64,000 bases of DNA from Octopus vulgaris (taxonomy: Eukaryota), in the NCBI GenBank assembly GCA_951406725.2, contig OX597832.1:62558001-62622000 (forward strand), written 5' to 3'. Under the pieces are notes generated by a model. It saw nothing but the letters and a program-made list of their open reading frames with translations, made no database searches and was not told the origin of the DNA. Position numbers and translations under genes: made by a program. Positions 14,690-25,619 of this stretch are shown one piece after another. Every line of letters begins with the position of its first letter. Position 1 is the stretch's first letter.

Positions 14690-15040
14690 TTTCCAATTCT
14701 TCAAATTATATTTATGCATACGTATGCAACCACTGAAAATTTCTGAGCTGGTGTTCAATAGAGAGTTAAAGATCCCAGATCTGAACAGGATCTGTACTCT
14801 TTCAGTCAAGAAAATCCTACATGTATTCGATCCTTTCATACAAGGTATGGATTTCTTAATTGCTCTCCATTTAGTCACATGCGGTGTTTTGTTATCTTTG
14901 AAAGTCTATACGTAGCCAGCCAGCTTCTTAGCTTTATTTTGTGCCTATGTTTGAAGGAGGTTCTGTGATTGGCATGGAAATTTTTTAATTCACCTTCGCA
15001 TAATCCAATATAGTTTTTTTTTTATCATTTGTATTATTAT
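14690..15040 (-). mobile_element. Decayed Penelope-like element, GIY-YIG C-terminal remnant
   Basis: ORF 14669-14878 KW..IKKSIPCMKGSNTCRIFLTERVQIL...LLNTSSEIFSGC..MHKY resembles the W..L....Y..G...C.LCL.EK..IL...LLN.RSE....C.H..K.L tail of PLE endonucleases (recognised from memory, not searched). Confidence 0.6.
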
Positions 15041-15141
15041 TTAGGGTTGCGTGAGGACATACACACATGTATATCTATGTACGTATTTATTACGTGAATG
15101 TGCATACATGTATGAGTGTATGTTTTTATACATATCTGTAT

Positions 15142-15186
<45 letters not shown>

Positions 15187-15310
15187 GGAAAACGTGTAGG
15201 TTTATGGGTGGGGTGTTGCACTCGTGATTTCAGGTTTGTGGTTCCTTGGCAAAAAATACTTCACTTCATGTCACTCTAATCCCTTGGCTGGCCAAGATGA
15301 GTTGTCCTGC
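15187..15310 (+). mobile_element. SINE family C fragment, decayed
   Basis: Core CCTTGGCAAAAAATACTTCACTTCATGT...GCTGGCCAAGATGAGT matches other family C copies. Confidence 0.5.
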
Positions 15311-15497
15311 TACGCACCCTTCAGTTCGACTGTATGCACTTTGTGACGTTTATAATAATATTGCCATCGGAACCAAAATTAAATCAAACGCGGGAGCCTC
15401 ACGCAATCGTCTTCCTACGAGCCTTTCACAGTTTGTTTCGTAAACGAAGAACTACAGATAGTGGATGTTTCTGAAGCAAAACCAAGGTCGAGATAGC

Positions 15498-15712
15498 TAG
15501 ATTGATTGATTGACTGATTGATAAGCAGATTGATTGATTGATTGATTTATAGTTAGAAAGATAGATTGATAGATGATACATACATACATATTTACATATT
15601 TACATACATACATACATGCATACATACATACATACATACATACATACATACATACATACATACATACATACATACATACATACATACATACATGGATGGA
15701 TGGATGGATGGA
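15498..15712. repeat. (GATT)n/(TACA)n/(GGAT)n tetranucleotide repeats
   Basis: Directly visible. Confidence 0.95.
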
Positions 15713-16355
15713 GAGACAGATAGTTATTTTTCTTTATTATTTTCAATTAACAAACTACTGCTTGTTATATTTAAAAGCTTCTGTGAAATTTTAATCAGAT
15801 TCCATGTTCCATTCTGCATGAAAGCTATCAGCAACATAAATGGAGCAACTGTTTGTGACGAATCAACTCTAAGCAACCTATGCATGTGTACTGGCTGTGT
15901 GTGTGTTCATGCTGTTACATGGTTTGTGTGCACGTGTGCACTTGTGCGCTCATGTTTGCATATGGATGTGTAAGTGAACGCGCAAAATAGACAGAATCTA
16001 GCCCCACTGCGATGCATGCATAAACAAGCTGACAGGCTCCATTTTCACCTATCTTCTGCTTGGAGATCCTTCAAGTGCTGGCTCCCTTGTAAGGTTTATT
16101 TCACTATAGCATTTACTGTCATGCCAACACAATATCTCGGTTTAATATCCGGGTTGTAACGCCGGATTAATTTTAATTGCACATTTTCAAAGATTTCAGT
16201 CTTTACACAACTAAGTCGTTCAACTATCTAGATAGCATTTTATATCAACTGTTAGACTTGTACATATACATATATGCATATACACACATGCACGCACGAA
16301 CACACACGCGCTAGCACATACAAACACACATGCACACTCATACACACACTTATAT

Positions 16356-16392
<37 letters not shown>

Positions 16393-16634
16393 TATATATT
16401 AATTTTAATTTTAATCCTTCAGGTATTTAATGCTTTTTTGGGCCTGCAGTTCTCTATATTATTGATTCTTTTATTATCATTTTCAATTGTTATTCTAGAT
16501 AATAATAGAGACAATAATATCTTTGCAACTATTTTCTCCTGAATTATTTGCGTGTATATATATATGTATATATATACACACTCACATATATCCGTGTATA
16601 TATATGTGTGTGTATGTGTGTGTGTGTGTGTTTG

Positions 16635-16822
16635 TTTGAATCGTTGGCGATTTTTTCCTTCGTCTTCCTTTTCTATTGAACTTCCCTCTGTTTCTGAAGA
16701 CGAACTTTGCTCGAAACGCTATACCATCTCTCCTTCCCTGAGCGTCTGCTAATATTTTATATGTACCACGTCTTCACGTTCTAGTTTTTTTATGTTTGTA
16801 CTTCGTTTCGTATGATTTGAAT
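16635..16822 (+). mobile_element. Short microsatellite-embedded element with decayed hammerhead-like motif (putative PLE pLTR remnant)
   Basis: CTGAAGA (16694-16700), short hairpin, GAAACG (16713-16718). The downstream TTCCCTGAGCGTC motif is shared with 14270-14340 and 55232-55352; flanked by (TG)n and (TA)n. Confidence 0.5.
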
Positions 16823-16838
16823 ATATATATATATATAT

Positions 16839-17002
16839 GGGCGCAGGCTGGGTGTGTGGTAAGTAGCTTGCTTACCAACCACATGTTTCCAGGTTCAGTC
16901 CCACTGCTTGACATCTTGAGCAAGTGTTTTCTACTTTATAGCCTCGGTCCGGCTAAAGTCTTGTGAGTGAATTTGGTAGACGGAAACTGAAAGAAGCCCG
17001 TC

Positions 17003-17063
<61 letters not shown>

Positions 17064-17308
17064 GATGTATTGTTTATGTATACATATTTGTGTGTGCGTG
17101 TATGTTTGTGTGTCTGTGTTTGTCTCCCTACCATAGCTTGACAACCGATGCTGGTGTGTTTACTTCCCCGAAACTTAACGGTTCGGCATAAGAGACCGAT
17201 AGAATAAGTACTAGGCTTACAAAGAATAAGTCCTGGAGTTGAATTTTTTCGACGAAAGGCGGTGCTCCAGCATGGTCGCAGTCAACTGACTGAAAGAAGT
17301 AAGAGAAA
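16839..17308 (+). mobile_element. SINE family A, full length
   Basis: GGCGCAGG..GTGTGGTAAGTAGCTTGC head, GGTTCAGTCCCACTGC, internal (TA)n, 3' GGTGCTCCAGCATGG..GACTGAAA.AAGTAA tail. Confidence 0.9.
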
Positions 17309-17330
17309 AATATAATATATACATGTATAT

Positions 17331-17730
17331 AGGAGTGGCTGTGTGGTAAGTAGCTTGCTAACCAATCACATGGTTCCGGGTTCAGTCCCACTGCGTGGCA
17401 TCTTGGGCAAATGTCTTCTGCTATAGCCCCGGGCCGACCAATGCCTTGTGAGTGGATTTGGTAGACAGAAACTGAAAGAAGCCTGTCGTATATATGTATA
17501 TTTATATGTATGTGTGTGTTTGTGTGTCTGTGTTTGTCCCCTTAGCATTGCTTAACAACCGATGCTGGTGTTTACGTCCCCGTCACCTAGCGGTTCGGCA
17601 AAATAGACCGATAGAATAAGTACTGGGCTTACAAAGAATAAGTCCCGGGGTCGATTGGTCGACTAAAGGTGGTGCTCCAGCATGGTCGCAGTCAAATGAC
17701 TGAAACAAGTAAAAGAGTAAAAAAGAGTAA
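17331..17730 (+). mobile_element. SINE family A, full length (tandem with the previous copy)
   Basis: Colinear with 16839-17308; ends in a GTAAAAGA-type tandem tail. Confidence 0.9.
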
Positions 17731-17804
17731 TATATTTACCATTTCTACAGCGTTTGAAATTTTGTGTGAGTGAGATAATCAATGTATGTATATATATATA
17801 TGTG

Positions 17805-17843
<39 letters not shown>

Positions 17844-17846
17844 ATA

Positions 17847-17895
<49 letters not shown>

Positions 17896-17916
17896 GTATA
17901 TATATATATATGTATA

Positions 17917-17963
<47 letters not shown>

Positions 17964-18103
17964 GTATATATTAATAAAAAGAATTCCAACCTTGTCTGAT
18001 TTTCACGTTTTATTTACAATCTTATAATGATATATTATAAGATAATATATTATAATTGAATAAAATAAAATGAAATAGTAGAATGTTAAATATTCATTCT
18101 GAT

Positions 18104-18148
18104 TGAACTAGTACTTTCATGCATTGAATTCTGCAATCTTCGGGTTCA
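18104..18148 (-). ncRNA. Minimal type I hammerhead ribozyme motif (U4C core variant, palindromic stem III)
   Basis: The minus strand reads UGAAC-CCGAAGA-U-UGCA(GAAUUCAA)UGCA-U-GAAA-GUAC-UA-GUUCA: 5-bp stem I, core, stem II, GAAA, AGUACU palindrome, UA cleavage site. It sits where PLE pLTR hammerheads are known to occur. Confidence 0.7.
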
Positions 18149-18211
18149 TGTAGTAGTGTTGACAGTCATGCTTCACAATTTTTGACTGTAGCAAGATGAG
18201 TGATTCTGTGC

Positions 18212-18325
18212 TATAAATACAGCTGGGTAGGCTCCAGAGTGCTAGGTTTTGCAAACTGTATTCTGACCAATCAGTGTGTAGTATCACTCAATTACTTAAG
18301 CTGATTGGTTGGTTGAGCTGATTGG
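18212..18325 (-). promoter_or_regulatory. Putative Pol II promoter in the PLE pseudo-LTR
   Basis: Three CCAATCAG boxes (CCAAT at 18321-18325 and 18304-18308 on minus, 18267-18271 on plus) upstream of TATTTATA/TATAAATA (18212-18219); AATAAA on minus at 18009-18014. Confidence 0.5.
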
Positions 18326-18642
18326 TTTAGGCATCACGCTTTGTTGGACAGGTCAAGAGTCCTGTATCTTGACCCTGGCCGAAGCAGCAATTGTTGGGTT
18401 ATTTTTAGAAATGTTGTAAATATCCTTTGTCAGAGATTTTTATATTTTTATATTTCAATTGTCATCATCATCATTGTCAGCACCTTAATTATTGTTGCTA
18501 GTGGTGATGGTGGTGGCAATAGAATTTTTAACCCTAAATAAGATAATTTTCCTGCTATCTTCGTCTTGATCACCTTTAGTATTGTTGTTGTTGTTAGTGG
18601 TCATGGTCGTAGCAGTGGAAGTAATACCTCTAAGTATTATTA

Positions 18643-21546
18643 TTATTGCTTATTTAGCTTGGGTTCGAATTTATCAATAAAATTCTTTTCTCTGATTTTC
18701 CTCTCGATTTCACTTGGGCTGTGTAATTTGTAGAATGGAAATATTATATATATTTTCCGACCACATGTTGCTAGGTGGTTACTCAAAGGTATCTGACGGA
18801 CCTCTGGGTCTCTAATCTGTTGCCGGTGTACACGTGAGCGTTCTAATAGTGCGTTTCCCGTCTGACCTACATATATTTCTTCACAATTTGGGCATTTGAT
18901 GCAGTAAATTAAATTTCTGCTTTTGCAGTTCATATTCGCGTTTGTGAATATTTTCCCGGTTTTTGTGTTTATATATTGACCGGTATGTATGAATTGGCAT
19001 GTGCCACATCGGCTATCATTGCATTTAGATACCGTGAATGTTTGGTCTTTGTTGCTGAGGTCAAATTTTGCCTTTGTTAGTAATGTTTTCAAGTTTTTAG
19101 GCTGTCTTTTACTAAGCACCATAGCTCGATCCTTGATTATGTCTTTTAATTCATTACTTTGGGCAATGATTGGTAGGTTTGCTTTGGCAATGTTGAAGAT
19201 ATTCTGGTGACATGGGTTGTGTGTCACTATGAATGGTATGACTTGTTCTTGTTTTCCTCTTCCTTGGGTTGTCCTAAGTTGTTGTATAGGTATTTTTATA
19301 GCCCGCTGTATGCCATTTTCTATAAGTAGAGATGGGTATTTTTGTTTGAGCAAAAATTCTCTTAGTTCTATTAGGCGTTTGTTCCTGATATTTGCATCTT
19401 CTACAATAGTACAAATTCTTCTGGCTAGGCAGTATGGGATGTTACGTTTTGTATGTGGTGGATGGCACGACTTAAAATTTAGGTATTGATGTGTGTCTGT
19501 GTGTTTATAGTATATATCTGTGGTGATGGTGGTGTCTTTTTTAATTACCATTATATCCAGGAATGGTAATTTGGTACTACTCATCTCCTTTGTAAATTTG
19601 AGAGATGGGTGTAGGTTGTTCAGGAGGATATTGAACTCTTCCAGAGTATTTAGAGATTCTGTCCAGATTATGAAACAGTCGTCTAGGTATCTCTTCCATG
19701 CCTTTTCAATATACTTTCTAAATCCAGTGCCATAGTTTACCTCCACCTCTTGGTAGAGTTGTTCTTCTAAGTATCCCATTACAGAGTTGGCGTAAACGGG
19801 AGCAAACCTCGTTCCCATCGCCGTGCCTCTAATTTGGATGTAATTCTTTCCATTGAAGAAGAATGTGTTATTTTCTAGAATAAGTTTGACTGTGTCTAAT
19901 ATAAATGGCACTGTGAATCTGCTGGGAATCACTTCTCTATGTTTTTCTAACCAGTATTTAATCGCCTTTATTCCTAAATCGTGTGGAATATTGGTGTAGA
20001 GGCTTACCACATCAAAACTTAGCAAAACTGAAGTTGTTTCTGTTGTTTTGGGAAGATGGGACAGGAAGTCGATGTCGTCCCTGATGAAACTTGGTATGTA
20101 AGTACATAGTGGTTTCAAAACAATGTCAATAAAATTGCTTAGACGGTGTGTAGGGCATGCTGGACCAGCTATAATAGGTCTAAGTTTTAGGTCTTTTGGA
20201 TGTAATAATTTTATGTACTCACTTTCTTGTTCTTTTACTGCCTGTTGAATGTTTTTTGATTTGTGTATTTTTGGTAAGCCGTAGAAGTTGCTGGGTTTTG
20301 GTTCAAAATTGGTGATGTAGTCTTTTTCATTATCCGTAAGTGAGTTGTGGTGTGTTGAAATCAGGTTGTTGATCTTTTTCATGATGTGGTGGTCTATATT
20401 TGCGGGTATTTCACAATAGAAGGTTGTATCCTTCAGTTGGTCTTCAACCAAATCCTTATAGTATTCGGTATCCATAATAACAATTGCACCACCTTTATCT
20501 GCTTGTTTAATTATTATTGTTTGATCGTTTTGTATACGTTTACATGCAGACATCTCTGATTTGCTAATGTTTGGCCTAACATTGGTATTGCGTCTAAGGG
20601 GAAATTTAGACAGGATATCAATGTATTGGTCAAGGTAGTTATTTCTTCCTTTTGGTGGGGTGAAATTTGATTTATTCCTTACTAGGGATTCATCAATCTC
20701 ATTACTTTTGTTAGCGAAGAATTCTACAAGTCGTAATTTTCGACAGAATTTTTGGATATCCTCCTTTAATTCTTGGTGGTTGGCTGTTGGTGTAGGTGTG
20801 AATTTCAGTCCTTTTGACAGAAGTTGGATTTCATCATTGTCAAGATCTCTTTTTGATAAATTAATTATTTTAGGATCTATACGTTCAGTTGTTTGGGGTA
20901 TGTTTCCTCTTGGATTTTTTCTTTCTCCGGTGTTTGTTGTCCTGACGTAAAAAAATGGATTTTTTTCCTGGTTATGATTTATATTCCTGTTGATGTTTGC
21001 TTGATGAATTTTGCGTTTTGGTTGTGGTACTTTACTTGGTTTCGTTATGTTTTCTGTCTTGTTTTTGGTATTATGTATGCTACTTTTCAATTTCTTGTTA
21101 GCATTGTTTTTAACCACCTGGATAAATGATCTGGGTTTACTTCTAGATCTAGATCGGTTTTTTGTCCAGTTTCTTGTGGGTAATCTCTGTTGAGGTCTTG
21201 AAAATGATCTCCTGTTATTTCTACTGCTAATGGTCTGTTCAAAACAATATCTATATTGTTTGTGCTTTTTGTTCATGTTGTGTGCATTAGGGTGTTTGCA
21301 TACAAAATGGGAAGAGTTCTTACCGTAGTTCGTCTTCGATTCGTGGTGAAACGGGTGTTCATGTTGCCACGTGTTCTGGTGTATGTTGCGTTGGTGAGGT
21401 TGTCCACTTTTAATGCTATTTCTCGGAGTTCTGGTGTCTTTACCGTAATTTGTAGCATATTTGTCGAGAAATAATTGTTTCCGCTGCCAAAACTTTCTTG
21501 ATCTGCTTTCTTCTTTTGAGATATCTCTGATCCATAGTTCTCGCAT
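18643..21546 (-). CDS. Penelope-like reverse transcriptase plus GIY-YIG endonuclease (967 aa from the first ATG; frame open to 21624)
   Basis: PLE motifs LLSKGLKFTP, KQADKG, FYGLPKIHK, RPII, SFDVVSLYTNIP, GTAMG..AP..AN, RYLDD, LPFLD, YYKHT..HQYL...SCHP; CxxxxCxxC linker; NLIYCIKC...IYVGQT...ER..H...E...I...P.LN endonuclease. Confidence 0.95.
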   Translation of the reverse strand: MRELWIRDISKEESRSRKFWQRKQLFLDKYATNYGKDTRTPRNSIKSGQPHQRNIHQNTWQHEHPFHHESKTNYGKNSSHFVCKHPNAHNMNKKHKQYRYCFEQTISSRNNRRSFSRPQQRLPTRNWTKNRSRSRSKPRSFIQVVKNNANKKLKSSIHNTKNKTENITKPSKVPQPKRKIHQANINRNINHNQEKNPFFYVRTTNTGERKNPRGNIPQTTERIDPKIINLSKRDLDNDEIQLLSKGLKFTPTPTANHQELKEDIQKFCRKLRLVEFFANKSNEIDESLVRNKSNFTPPKGRNNYLDQYIDILSKFPLRRNTNVRPNISKSEMSACKRIQNDQTIIIKQADKGGAIVIMDTEYYKDLVEDQLKDTTFYCEIPANIDHHIMKKINNLISTHHNSLTDNEKDYITNFEPKPSNFYGLPKIHKSKNIQQAVKEQESEYIKLLHPKDLKLRPIIAGPACPTHRLSNFIDIVLKPLCTYIPSFIRDDIDFLSHLPKTTETTSVLLSFDVVSLYTNIPHDLGIKAIKYWLEKHREVIPSRFTVPFILDTVKLILENNTFFFNGKNYIQIRGTAMGTRFAPVYANSVMGYLEEQLYQEVEVNYGTGFRKYIEKAWKRYLDDCFIIWTESLNTLEEFNILLNNLHPSLKFTKEMSSTKLPFLDIMVIKKDTTITTDIYYKHTDTHQYLNFKSCHPPHTKRNIPYCLARRICTIVEDANIRNKRLIELREFLLKQKYPSLLIENGIQRAIKIPIQQLRTTQGRGKQEQVIPFIVTHNPCHQNIFNIAKANLPIIAQSNELKDIIKDRAMVLSKRQPKNLKTLLTKAKFDLSNKDQTFTVSKCNDSRCGTCQFIHTGQYINTKTGKIFTNANMNCKSRNLIYCIKCPNCEEIYVGQTGNALLERSRVHRQQIRDPEVRQIPLSNHLATCGRKIYIIFPFYKLHSPSEIERKIREKNFIDKFEPKLNKQ

Positions 21547-21622
21547 TTTTTCTGCTATATTGCCGGTCGTTAGTTTGGATATTTCATCTCTGATTTGATC
21601 ATCGATAGCTTCGTATTTGGCT

Positions 21623-21824
<202 letters not shown>

Positions 21825-22307
21825 ATGTATGTAAATACATTTACAAATATGCATGTGTTTATGTGTGTATGTGCGCAAGGGAATATACTACTTTGTCAAA
21901 TAAAGACAACGCAATATATGGCGTAGAGTAATCAAGAAAACATATATTCTTTTCGGAGCAGTTCAAATTTCATGCACTTCGATCTCTAGGTGCGAACGCA
22001 TCGATTGCGCTCAGTTATCCTCTAAAGTGATTTCACTATTCTGACAATGCCATTGTTTCTGTTGCGCTGTTTTAACAACGATTTATGAGAGTGTTTTCAG
22101 TGAGTAGCGATTTCCAATCATGATTTTCAAAGAATTTTGTGGTATGTTTTAGATTGTTATTTTTGTTTCAGTTTTTGCCAATTGCTAATTCATTGTTCTC
22201 ACAGCATGATACCTTTGGTTGGGTTGGGTTTTCATATACATACATATATACACACACATATATAGATATATGTATAAGTATATATATATATATACATATA
22301 CACACAA

Positions 22308-22341
<34 letters not shown>

Positions 22342-22369
22342 GGAGAGGGTGTACGCATGTATGTATACG

Positions 22370-22693
22370 TGAAGGCACGTGGTTTAGTGGCCAGAATATT
22401 TGGTTCCCGGTCGCAACGTCATGAATTCGATTCCCGACACCACGTTGTGCCTCTTAGCAAGACATTTTATTTCATGTTGCTCCAGTCTACTCAGCTGGCA
22501 AAAATGAGTAGTATTTGTTATTCAAAGGGACCAGTCTTGTCACATTCTGTGTCATGCTGAATCTTCTTGAGAACTACGTTAAGGGTACGCGTGTCTGTGG
22601 AGTACTCAGCAACTTGCACATTAATTCCACGAGCAAACTGTTCTTTTCAGCGGATCAACTGAAACCCCCGTCGTCATAACCGACGTAGTGCCA
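22370..22693 (+). mobile_element. SINE family C, tail type 2
   Basis: GAAGGCACGTGGTTTAGTGG head and TTCGATTCCC B-box; tail CTTGTCACA..GTTAAGGGTAC..CGTCGTC.TAACCGACG shared with the copies at 33370 and 51500. Confidence 0.85.
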
Positions 22694-22725
22694 CTTGATG
22701 CATGTATATGTGTGTGTGTGTGTGT

Positions 22726-23067
22726 GCTTCTCAACCAAATGGATCCGGGTTCAGTTGCACTGTGTAGTACCTTGGGAAAATGTCCACTACTATAGCCTCC
22801 GACAGAACAAAGACTTGTGAGAAGATTTGGTAGACAGAAACTGGAAGAAGCCCGTCGTATATGTATAAATATATATATATATATATATATACTATATATA
22901 TATACATATACATATATGTATATATATACATGCATATGTGTGTGTATGTGTTTGTCCCCCAATATCTCTTGATAACCGATAGAATAAGTACGGTCGATTT
23001 ACTCGTCTAAATGCGATGCTCCAGCATGGGCGCAGTCAAATGACTGAAACAAGTAAAAGAAGAAAAG
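22726..23067 (+). mobile_element. SINE family A, 5'-truncated and internally deleted
   Basis: Matches the body and tail of 17331-17730. Confidence 0.8.
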
Positions 23068-23160
23068 TATATATATATGTATAAATAAGAATGAGTAAGT
23101 AAAGATGTTATTATTATTATTATTATTATCATTATTAGTAGTAGTAGTAATAGTATCAGG

Positions 23161-23375
23161 AGGGCGGGAAGTTGGCAGAGCCGTTAACACGCTAGACAGA
23201 ATGCTTACCGGTATTCCGCCTGTCGCTACGTTCTGAGTTCAAATTCTGCCGAGGTCGACTTTTCCTTTCATTTTTTGGGGGTTGATAAATTAAGTACCAG
23301 CGAAATTCTGGGGCGGATGTAATCGACTAATCCCCTCTCTCAAAACCTCAGGCCTTGTCTCCATAACAGAAAGGA
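23161..23375 (+). mobile_element. SINE family B monomer
   Basis: TTGGCAGAGCCGTTAACACG head, GAGTTCAAATTCTGCCGAGGTCGACTTT core. Confidence 0.85.
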
Positions 23376-23483
23376 TTATTATTTTTATCAGGGACAAATC
23401 TAAATAATTGATAATAACAACAACATTAGTCTAGCAAGCGATATTAGCATTAAACAGCTATACAATACATTCATAATTATATT

Positions 23484-24170
23484 CTTTTCTACGCTAGGCA
23501 CAAGCCCCGAAATTTTTGAGGAAGTGACCAGTTGATTAGATCTACCGTAGTACGTAACTGTTATTTAATTTATCGCCCCCGAAATTATGAAAGGTAATAT
23601 TTGAACTCAGAACGTAACGGCAGACGAAATACCTATTTCTTTACTACCCACAAGGGACTAAACACATAGGGGACAAACAAGGACAGACAAACGGATTAAG
23701 TCGATTATATCGACCCCAGTGCGTAACTAGTACTTAATTTATCGACCCCGAAAGGATGAAAGGCAAAGTCAACCTCGGCGGAATTTGAACTCAGAACGTA
23801 ACGGCAGACGAAATACCGCTGAGCTAACGTTTCTTCTTTCTTTACTTCCCACAAGGGGCTAAACATAGAGGGAACAAACAAAGACAAACAAAGGGTGTAC
23901 ATCGATTACATCGACCCGGCGAGCTAACGTTTCTTCTTTCTTTACTTCCCACAAGGGGCTAAACATAGAGGGAACAAACAAGGACAAACAAAGGGTGTAC
24001 ATCGATTACAATCGACCCCAGTGCATAACTGAAACTTAATTTATCGAACCCGAAAAGATGAAAGGCAAAGTCGGCCTCGGTGATATTTGAACTCAGTACG
24101 AAACGGCAGACGAAATAGCGCTAAGCATTTCGCCCGGCGTGCTACCGTTTCTGCCAGCTCGACGCCTTGA
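23484..24170 (-). mobile_element. SINE family B multimer (three cores plus an internal 100-bp tandem duplication) within one TSD pair
   Basis: TTTGAACTCAG occurs three times; 23821-23917 is repeated at 23921; 15-bp TSD ATTCATAATTATATT at 23469-23483 and 24171-24185. Confidence 0.88.
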
Positions 24171-24977
24171 ATTCATAATTATATTGAAAGTTACACGAAG
24201 CTCCAGCTCGCTAAAGAATGGAAGAAAAAACTTGAAACTTAACCACCAAAAATGCTGGAAATATGTAACGGACCAACAGAAATCGGGCAAACGAATGGAA
24301 TTTTACATATTTTCACCATGATTTCGATTTCTTTCTAGAGCCTTAATTCTCCTCAGCAGGAGAATTTATATATATATAACGATTGATACACACATGATCA
24401 CACACACACGTAGTTGTGTATGGATGAATGTACATATACTTCCTTAGTTTTGTGTTCATGTTTTTTTCCATAGGAATATGAATAAGATTTGTTGAGGCTT
24501 TCTTTACCAGCTTCGTTTTTACTATTGAAAAATAACGTTATGAATAAATTATGTCTTCCATTTCGTTCCATACTCGACATTGTTTCCTTCTAGTTATATC
24601 GTGAAATATAAAAAAACATGAGATAACAACGCTGGTTGTAGAAAAGGTTATACTTGTTTAACAAAGAATACAGCTGTCAGACATGTTGTTTTCTAAGAAT
24701 TGAACATCCAGTTTTTAAAACCATTTTCAAACGAACTACAACTTCAAAATTTTTTTTTTTTTCTTCTTCGTTATAGATTTCCAACCATCTTATAGCTTTC
24801 AAAATAACCGTGAAATCATCAGAGTTATTCCTGGTATAAAATATATATATATATTTCCTTATTCTACAGCGACAAACGTATGTTTATCTGGATAATTAAA
24901 GATGTGACATTTTAAATAAGATTACTGTTTATAGCTGCGTATATTTGTAACTTCTTAGAGTTTATCTTATATGGATT

Positions 24978-25382
24978 CAATCACTGGACTACGGCCATTC
25001 TGGTGCACCGCTTTGGAGTGTTTAGTCGAACAAATAGACACTTTCTCTTTTTAAGTATGGTTCATAATCTTTAATGCCAAACGGCGTTAGGGGACATCAC
25101 AATAATATCACAATGATAATACCCTCATATGCATGTACATATACGACAAGCTTCCACGCAGTTTCCTCTTACCATATTTACGCACAAGTCATTTGTCTGT
25201 AATAGAAAGCAATCGTTCAAAGTATATCTGACAAGATTCATTCATTTTCCGTCAACTAAAATTTACTTAAAAGGCATAGGTCGGCCCGGGGTTGTAGTAG
25301 ACGATGCATCCTCAAGATGCTGTGCAGTGGTGCTAAACCCGAAAACATCTGTTCCCTGAGCAAGTTTCTATACACACAGCCT
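24978..25382 (-). mobile_element. Decayed SINE family A
   Basis: Reverse-complement matches: GACTACGGCCATTCTGGTGCACCGC tail, GGTCGGCCCGGGG, GCAGTGG..CTAAACCCG..CACACAGCC head. Confidence 0.6.
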
Positions 25383-25619
25383 ATTGTATCTCTAATTACC
25401 ATTATATTCTATCTGTACATCACCACCTCTCTTATGAAGAATTCAGAGCTCGAGCAAAATTAATTAACCATCGTGGTACAACATTAGGAAAACAATAATT
25501 TAAAAAAAGAGAACAATTTGCAAGTTTACCAGAAAACAAAAAGCAGCCTGGAAATGACATACTTTCGCCGTACAAGTTACGTTTAGAGTTGAATGACTAC
25601 CCCTGGTACATAAGTTGTT

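Larger units (their letters stand above)
17971..21624 (-). mobile_element. Penelope-like retroelement (Neptune/Nematis-type, C-terminal GIY-YIG), 5'-truncated, in (TA)n
   Basis: Uninterrupted RT-EN ORF plus an about 670-bp 3' region; TA-rich arrays on both sides (17785-17970 and 21625 onward). Confidence 0.93.

Noticed and set aside
18643-21546. Naiad-type PLE or selenoprotein recoding
   Set aside because: The GIY-YIG domain is C-terminal, not N-terminal, and the ORF has no in-frame TGA.
23821-24019. Regular direct repeats suggesting a CRISPR-like array
   Set aside because: A two-unit tandem duplication inside a SINE, in a eukaryotic context, with no spacers or cas genes.
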